From Oikopleura dioica (taxonomy: Eukaryota; Animalia; Chordata): 64,000 bases of DNA. The DNA lies in contig OU015568.1 in the NCBI GenBank assembly GCA_907165135.1, positions 3,410,001 through 3,474,000 of the forward strand. Direction: 5' to 3'. Below are positions 56,633-64,000 of this stretch, in pieces. Positions within the stretch are counted from its first letter, which is position 1. Every line of letters begins with the position of its first letter. Below the pieces are notes generated by a model. The model saw only the letters and a list, made by a program, of their open reading frames with translations. It did no database searches and was not told the origin of the DNA. The translations under genes and the position numbers were made by a program.

Positions 56633-59590
56633 ATCTTAAGTGCAGAATTTGGGCAAAAATATTGAAAATGATTTTCGCTGGAAAATTTATAATTGACTGT
56701 GGTAAATCAATCCTTTACCTTTTTTCTTTTACTTCCATTACTTTTCTTTCCTCCTCTTTCTTTATCAATTTCGCGATTCAGAAAAAAGAACAAACATTTT
56801 ACTCTGTTTTCATCGATAATAAATTTGTCATCATATCTTTCTATCAGTTCTTGTTATTAACACCTCTGATTTTTAAAATAAAACCGTGTTGTTTTTTCTA
56901 TTTAGATTCTGGTTTATATATTTTTTGAGGGATGAGCCAAAGGCCATTAGGCACACGGTTCCATTAGTCCTTCTTCTTCTTATTCTTATTGTTATTATTA
57001 TTAACGCATTATAAATATTATATCCAATAGAGGCGCCTAGGAAAACAGGCTTTTATGAAGGATTTTGTATGGGAAAAATGATGGGAAACAAAGGTCAACC
57101 TTCAAAAAACTATGAAAGAATGAAAAAATGGACCTTCAATAAAGAAAAAACTCTTCCTTGATTTCAATAAAATTCTTACCTTCTTGGAACATAAGAGCCC
57201 ATTTCGCTTGAAGAGCTGCTTAGATTTTTCTCTTCAATTTTCTTGCTCTTTTTCCTTCAAAACAAATTGTTACTTTAGTCACTAGTCACTAGTGGCCCAT
57301 TTTTTTCTCTTTTCTTATGCGGGAACAAGCCATGTATCAAATTCCAAAGACGTTTTCCTTTCAAAGTGAAAGGACTTCATCGAACTTCTGTCCGCAGTGA
57401 AAGTCATTTAGGGATTATCTCTCTGCATGCATCGGCAGCACGGGTTTTTTTTTTTGTCAGAAGAATCGATGAAATGAGCTTTTCCCACAAAAATTTCCCT
57501 GCAAAGCGCTCATTTTTCTACCTTTTTCTTATTTCCGTATCTTCAAATACCGGTTCAAATATTGGCACGATAAATTCTCCGTAATCAGTGTCTTCTGATT
57601 CAAAAGTATCATTTCTGATGATTTCCGTTATTGAAAGATCTCTAAAATGACCCATTTTTTCGGAAAAATAAGAACTGCTTTTTCGCGACTTGCTACTTTA
57701 TATACAGATGCAGGCGTCAAGGTAATTTGGCATCAGTAGTCGCTTCATTAATCTGATAGCCCATAAAATTGCCGTTTGAAAGGCTCTTTGATTAGCTCTG
57801 ACAGCATCTGAAGAGGAAAGGGGAGTAGAAGGCGAATCTGAATGCCTATTCTGAGTTCAGATATTGAACTTCAAATGCAGCCACAAAGGCGGACTTTTTG
57901 TTTTTTCAGAACTAGAAAAGGATGAATCCGTTTATTAATAATTTGGCAGATTGTTGACTCAAACAATATTCATACTTCTTCCAGCGCAGATTTTCTCGTT
58001 CTACAAATTATCGTTAATTTTCCAAACAAATAACTCAAGACTTGTAAAAAGAACTTACAATAGAGTTGAACTGCGTTTCAGCAATGAGCAAAAAACATGG
58101 CTAAATTTAAAAATTAACTGTTTTTAAAACATTCAAGCGCAGTAGTTAAACTGTACCATTTCGTTGTTCTGGTTTCGCGAACAGGACCACGCTCGTTTAA
58201 ATTTTGAAAGTCGCCAACCACATCGATCGAAGAGCTTCCCGCTACTCGTTCGATCCGGGCAATCGCGGGGCAAAATCGACTGGTCTTCGCCGGCTTCGTA
58301 GTCGGTTTTGTCTAGCAGACAGGACTGAGGGGCTTCTGTTCGGGAGTACTCTTGGAGATACCTGTCGATGGGATCGACAAACAGCTAAATTTTCGAGCCA
58401 AAAACTCGTTTTTCTGATCCTTTTTCTTTGATTGCTCAAAACGAGCTTTCTTGTCGAGCTCCCCTTAACAATCAACACGGTAAAATTGCCATTGCCCTTC
58501 AATTTCGCTTCAACTCCAAAGCTTAAAATTTTAAAAAACTTTAAAATTCTTCAAGCACTTTTTCACGTGTTTTCCACGTCTTCAGTGCTTCTAACTTCCA
58601 AGAGCTACTTGAAATTGGTGAAAAATTCAGCACTTACCGAAATATCTCTCGAGGATCTCTCGAGGGCCCGGTTAATAATGAGCGCCAGATGGCTTGTGTA
58701 AGAAAAATGAGAACGAAGGGACCATAAAATAGGAATTTAAACGATAATTTTATATTTTATTTTCGAAAAAGTAATGAGAAAGTAAACAAAGTATTATGAC
58801 CGTGTGATGATTTGTAATTACTGTAGTACTCATTTATTTTACTTTGAATTAAATATTCTTCGAAACTCTACCAAAAACACTTACTAAGGCCTGTCCTGAG
58901 TCTCTGGGTCGTGATAAATCCGTCTACTCGAAAATCACGAGGCAAAGAAATCGAAATATTGAGAATTCTTTCCGGTCGATACTGGTCTTCAAATGGGATG
59001 ATTAATTTTTCTTCTGTTATAAACAAAACTTCTGTATTTTTAAAATAAGATTCATCCAAAACCTGGAAGTCCGTTTCCTCGACCGCCGTAGAATTTCTCT
59101 GCTTTTCTCGCATCTGTTCTTCGGAAGTTATTCTAGCGATCAGGGATTTAATCCTTTTTCTCTTCGTCTTTCTACCTGATTTTGCATGCCGATTCCAACG
59201 CCTCTATCTACTACCTTTCCCATAAAATTCGACCAAGCGAAATTCAAAAGCAAAGGAATCAAAATGAACATTTTTTGCTGTTTCCTTTTTCGATAAAATT
59301 AACTGCCGAATTGGTCGAGAATTGTGCCTATTTGCACACAGACAGGCTCATGATTTATAGAAGTGTCTGAATTGTCCCTTGCGTACTGTGATTTTAAAAA
59401 ATAATTACCGCACCAAGCTAGGGACGGAGTAAATTAACTCGTTTAATTCAGCCTTCCAGAATTATATATTCAGTCTTTTTTTCGCGTTCCTTTGCAAGCA
59501 CTTTTCCTTTCATTTAGACTTTTTTAGACACTTTACTAGTTTATTAATGCGTTCAAAGAAAAAAAATTACATAACTACTTTCATTAGTCT

Positions 59591-60967
59591 TTATCTTTTC
59601 AAAAATATAAGTACAAAAAGCAAGAGCACAAATGAAAGCAGGTTTTCTTCGCCATAGCTAGGAACCATTTCAGTTCTTTTCGTCGTCGTTGTCGTGGTCT
59701 TCTTTGTCGTCGTTGTCGTTGTTGTCGTCGTCGTGGTAGTGGTTGTCGTGGTTGTTGTTGTCTTTCTGTAAATCCCACAAAATGACTAAGCAGAAAATTT
59801 TATTATCCTTCATTTAAAATTTGAAGTTACGACGTCACAATCTTTAAAGTATTTGTTCATGGCTTCTGTTATCAAATCGAAATCATCTTTACTCATCCAG
59901 CTGCAATAACCTTCATCTAAAAAAACACTTGATTCCGGGTAGGAGCCACTTAGTCAGGAGAGCCGTTTGGTCAGGGAGCCATTTGGTCAGAAGAACCATT
60001 TAGTCAGGTCTGTCTAACTGGCTCCCTGACCAAATGGCTCCCTGACTAAATGGCTCCTTCTAAAGCGTGGGCGATGAGTGATGGAATTTAACACTGGCTT
60101 TTTTTCTGGCAATGAAGTCTGATTCATCGAATTCTGATGTAAAGGGTTGAAATAATTCATCGGCGAAAACTAGAAAAAAATTTGATAAGAAAAAATTCGT
60201 CAAAAATGCCGTCAAAGTAGGGCCATTTTTGCGAAAATGCCCCGAAAATGGTCATTTTTGAAACAATTTTCTCAATTAAACCCCCTGAAACTAATTTTTA
60301 TCAAATGCTTTTGTGCTCAACAGACTCGTCAGGATCTGTAGATTCCAAAAATATATTATTCATATCATATGAATCATATGCGGACTATATGTGTAAATAT
60401 TATTTCGGTCACCCCTGAAAATCAATACTGACAACCCTCTCTAAAGAGGACGAATTTCTTGACACTAGAATTGAAAACAAAATTATGAGATCGTTATAAT
60501 TCATTCAAAAAATCATTTAAATTTTGTTTTAATCAGCAATATTCCGTCACTCATCGCCCACGCTTCAGAAGGAGCCATTTAGTCAGGGAGCCACTAGGTC
60601 AGAAGCGCCATTTGGTCAGACCTGACCAAGTGGCTCCCTGACTAAATGGCTCCCTGACTAAATGGCTCTCCTGACTAAATGGCTCCTACCCCTTGATTCC
60701 CAAGGACCATTTCACTTTTTTTTCTTCTTATTTTTTACCTTCATGATAATCCAGCCAATATTGAACTTCGTCACATGGTAAATTTATCAGAAAATCAATC
60801 GCTGTTTGTATCGCATAGTCCATTTTCTCTCTTAGAATGAAAAAACATGACTCCTGTTTCAGGAGGCACAGCTTCCTTATTTGAAAGTCAAAGCAAATGG
60901 CAGAACTGTCAGAAGTTCTTATGGCGTCAGCAAAGAATGGAGAGAAATAGGATTTTAGAACAACCAT
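59591..60967 (-). CDS. Small Cys-containing protein with poly-Thr stalk and hydrophobic C-terminus (probable GPI/TM)
   Basis: Exon ...LPCDEVQYWLDYHE joins in phase 1 to DEGYCSWMSKDDF... across the MITE-containing intron. Last exon has a (ACA/ACG)n poly-Thr run and ends PAFICALAFVLIFLKR*. Start uncertain. Confidence 0.55.
59937..60691. mobile_element. Mutator-like MITE, 755 bp, in an intron
   Basis: TIR GGGTAGGAGCCA..., ~150-bp arms built of 14-15-bp GGAGCCATTT(A/G)GTCA units and ending in GCGTGGGCGATGAGTGA. Exact 9-bp TSD CTTGATTCC at 59928-59936 and 60692-60700. Confidence 0.93.
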
Positions 60968-61068
60968 AAATGCTCATTTATTGCTTTTATCTAACAGAAA
61001 ATGATGTGTTTGCTTCTCCCACTGTCGACGTCATCGTTAGTCCTCCAGATGATGGCCGTAATTTGCTC

Positions 61069-62284
61069 TTAAAATTCATCGAGTATGATTTTTATCCCAG
61101 ATTTTTTTTCTTCTACCTTGTAGTTTTTCCTCCTCAAAATCGTCTTATAGAAGAACTCCTCCGCCTCCATCCTAAACCGCCAAGACATGAGCGAGTAAAT
61201 TACAGCGTTCATGAAGCTATTGGCGATTAAGAACATAGACGCGAGAATCGAGAGTGTATTCATCGAATTCATAAATTCTAGGTCGAAATTTTCAAAGTCA
61301 TTCAACGGATCGAGTTTTTCGTAATTGACGACTTCGATGAAATTGAGCGTGATCATCGGTAAGAGACAAATCGTGAAAGACCCGACCATGACAATCAAGG
61401 TTTTTGACATGCTTAAATTTGTTCGATTCTAGCGCCCCGGTTTTGTGTCACCTGATGTCTGTATTAGCATTCGCCGTTGATCGAAGCGTGTGTTTGACTT
61501 TTGCCCTGTAGGAATGAAAATGACTCGCTGTAATAAAATTGATCGTCCACATTGCCAGAAGCGGGAGAAGCAACGAAGCTCTGAAAGCGAGTTTAAAGCC
61601 AGAGAAATTTTAAATTATCTCTAGCTTTTAGATCGCTTTTCCATAGATCAGATAGAAGGTTTTTCCAGTGCCGACGACAAGGAGGGATGATGTCAGCTGA
61701 TACTTGCTGTTTTCGATGATAAATGGAAGGGCGGATATCACGAGGGCGAGGAACCAAGAGAATCCAATGGTGAGATAGATGCGGTTGTTCAGGCTTTTTC
61801 CGATGATACGGCGGTATTTGAACGGGAAACGGATCGCGAAATAGCGGTCTGTTAAAAGGATGATCAAATTCGTGTAAATTTAAGGCTCTTTTATAGTTTT
61901 TATTTGATCATCAAAAACTATCGAGCTAAAAGCCAAGGTAAAGACTGAAGCCAGAATCGACATGGTCATTATAACTCCCGATACTCCAATCAGCGAAAAT
62001 ATTACTGGTGGAAAGCCATAAGATGGAACTGAAACATTGAAATTATCCTGCAGATAATTGAGGTCAATAGCGGGCATAAGTCCACGAGACAGAATCGTGA
62101 GGGTGAATAAAGGAGCAACAAATATTCCAACCAACAAGTCAGCAATTGCAAGCGATATTTTATACGAGCCATAAGCGTTTTTGAAGCTCTCGCTGTTCTT
62201 CGTGATTAGAATGACGATAATATTGAGAGTAATGCATAAAATCGTCAAAATTATTCCAAGAACAACTGCTATTGAAAGTTTCAT
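61069..62284 (-). CDS. Orphan class A GPCR
   Basis: LNIIVIL, SLAIADLLVG, DRYFAIRFPFKY, SWFLALVISALPF, SKTLIVMVGSFTICLLP, NSFMNAVIYSLMSWRFR. N-terminus may extend upstream. Confidence 0.88.
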
Positions 62285-64000
62285 TTTGCAAGAAAATGAA
62301 ATTATGTCGAATAATCTCGGCTTCGTCTCCAAAAATCGCTGAGCATCAGAACCAAGTGAAACAGGTCCGCAGAATGGGACGATATTCAGGCTCTCGGTAT
62401 AGCTTCCTGAGTCGATTGTTCTCATGTTTTGGCAGAACAGCTGATCGGAATCACATGAAGAGTTGGAGCATAAATGCTCGTAGAGAATTCCATGATATGG
62501 GGTTATTGCTAGTAGTTTTTCTTCGCAAACAGAATTGAATATTTCAGCTAAAAATTTGAATTAATCTCTCCTTTATAAAATTAAAGGTTTGCCAAGATTA
62601 GCATGAATGTCGAAAAAGTCAGTAACGTCAAAAAACAATTAATAATTACCTGAGCAGTTTTCTTTAATAAATCTCAAAAATCCAGCGACTCCTTTTCCAC
62701 AAAAGCTCTCTCCATCAACCTCTCCGGGTATCTTTCCATAAGTCACGTTACACATGTTTCTCTTTGCCCCGAAATCCGACTCGAATGGGACATAAAGTCG
62801 GACATAAATTGGCGATCATTTTTAAAGCCGCCATGTTGAGTTTGGCTCATTTTTAGCTTATTGAAAAAGGAAATGAAAAAGATCGGCTTAGTCAAGCTAG
62901 AGCTGATTGAGATTCGGCAGCGTTTAGGGGGCTTAAGAAAATCACCAACCATTACCGGCAAATTTGAAAATTATTATCCAATTTTCAAAAATGATGGATT
63001 CAAGGATAGAAGCTCATCTTTTAGTTGTATTTTTTCGATTTAAAAATAATATGAGTAGAACCTTTTCATTGCGGCTTTCGTTGGAAATAAATTATTCTTT
63101 CTTTACCAAAAATCGAAACCGCAATCGAATGGATAAAATGATCCATCTTCAAAAAGAAAAATTAATTCATCCTGCAAATTGACACTTTCTTTTGCATTTA
63201 AAATGAGCGTCAACTTATTTCATGCATCATTTTCACCTTTTTTGAAGAATGATAAAAATCAACTTTATTTTTATCGCCATTTTTGCGATGCTTATGCATT
63301 CAAGAGACGCGTTTTTAGTTGTTCCTTTTGACGGAAGTGATGTGGTAGATCGACGGTCTTATTCTGACTGGTTCAGGTACACAATGAAATGATAACATCA
63401 ATAAAAAGTTCAAGATCTCCTGAGCTCCAGCCACGAAACGATCATTTCTTCCACTCCTTCATGGACGAGTCTCTCAGAGACATGTCTGCCGTTCGATACC
63501 GATAAAATTTCACATAAATTATTCTTTTATTAATCACTGAATGTTTATACAGAAAAATATACGTCCTTACAACTGCGCAATATTATCATAAATCGCGCTT
63601 TCTTTTGAAGCAATTCGTTCAATTTTCGCTGTTGTCGCGACTTTGTTTTCTTCCTTGATTTCTGTTGACGCTTTTTTCGATGGAAGACGGGCTTCGTCGA
63701 TGGAGGTGTAAACCAACTCACTGAAAAAAAGCTTTTAGAAGTGCTTTGAAATGAGAAATAATTACGAGTAGCGGCCATAAATTGACTTTTCCGAGTCTTC
63801 AGTTTCTTCATCCTCGATAAGTTTCATTTCTGGGATTGATGGCAGTTTCTAAAAAAGTAAAATTCGATGAAATTGAAAATCAACCTACTGCATTGACTCT
63901 TGAAAGCCGGGGAAGATCTTCTTTCATGTTCTTGAGCTGTGTTGTATCATTTTTCTCTTCGTCACTTTTATCCGAAACATCGGTCGAGCTATCAATAAAT

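Noticed and set aside
57500-59130. Possible minus-strand gene(s), including ORF 58868-59113
   Set aside because: Several plausible exons but no consistent model or family, so not reported as a feature.
1-64000. Prokaryotic, phage or defence system, autonomous transposase, retroelement, SL RNA or rRNA genes
   Set aside because: None recognised. All identifiable genes are intron-containing animal genes. The RNase H-like gene resembles cellular RNase H1 and has no adjacent RT or integrase.

Overview
Eukaryotic, very compact invertebrate-chordate genomic DNA, most likely the larvacean tunicate Oikopleura (dioica or a close relative). This is inferred from ~45-55 nt introns, several GA-AG introns, a 28-nt intercistronic spacer ending in a splice acceptor right before an ATG (operon/trans-splicing-like), and chordate-type genes. 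The window holds about 25 intron-containing genes: stonin, SLX4, a divergent ionotropic glutamate receptor, PPT1, a pannexin-like channel, two class A GPCRs, an EGR-type zinc finger, a ShKT-trypsin-CUB-trypsin protease, ODAD3/CCDC151, a catalytically dead RNase H1-like protein, integrin alpha, a surface Kelch protein, an ITI-heavy-chain-C-domain protein and several orphans. It also has one tRNA-Ile(AAT) and at least eight non-autonomous DNA transposons (MITEs), most with exact 8-bp (hAT-like) or 9-bp (Mutator-like) target-site duplications. Main signal: three hAT-like MITEs sit inside coding exons (SLX4, ODAD3, ITI-like). Two share a CTGGG(G/C)TCGGC...CCCAG terminus whose geometry would allow frame-preserving splicing in either orientation, so they are candidate introners. 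Other leads are a pannexin that has lost exactly one disulfide pair and its W/R filter, an ATD-less iGluR lacking the amino-acid-binding residues, and a possibly mitochondrial pseudo-RNase H1. All gene models and family assignments were made by eye without database searches; ends are approximate where stated.
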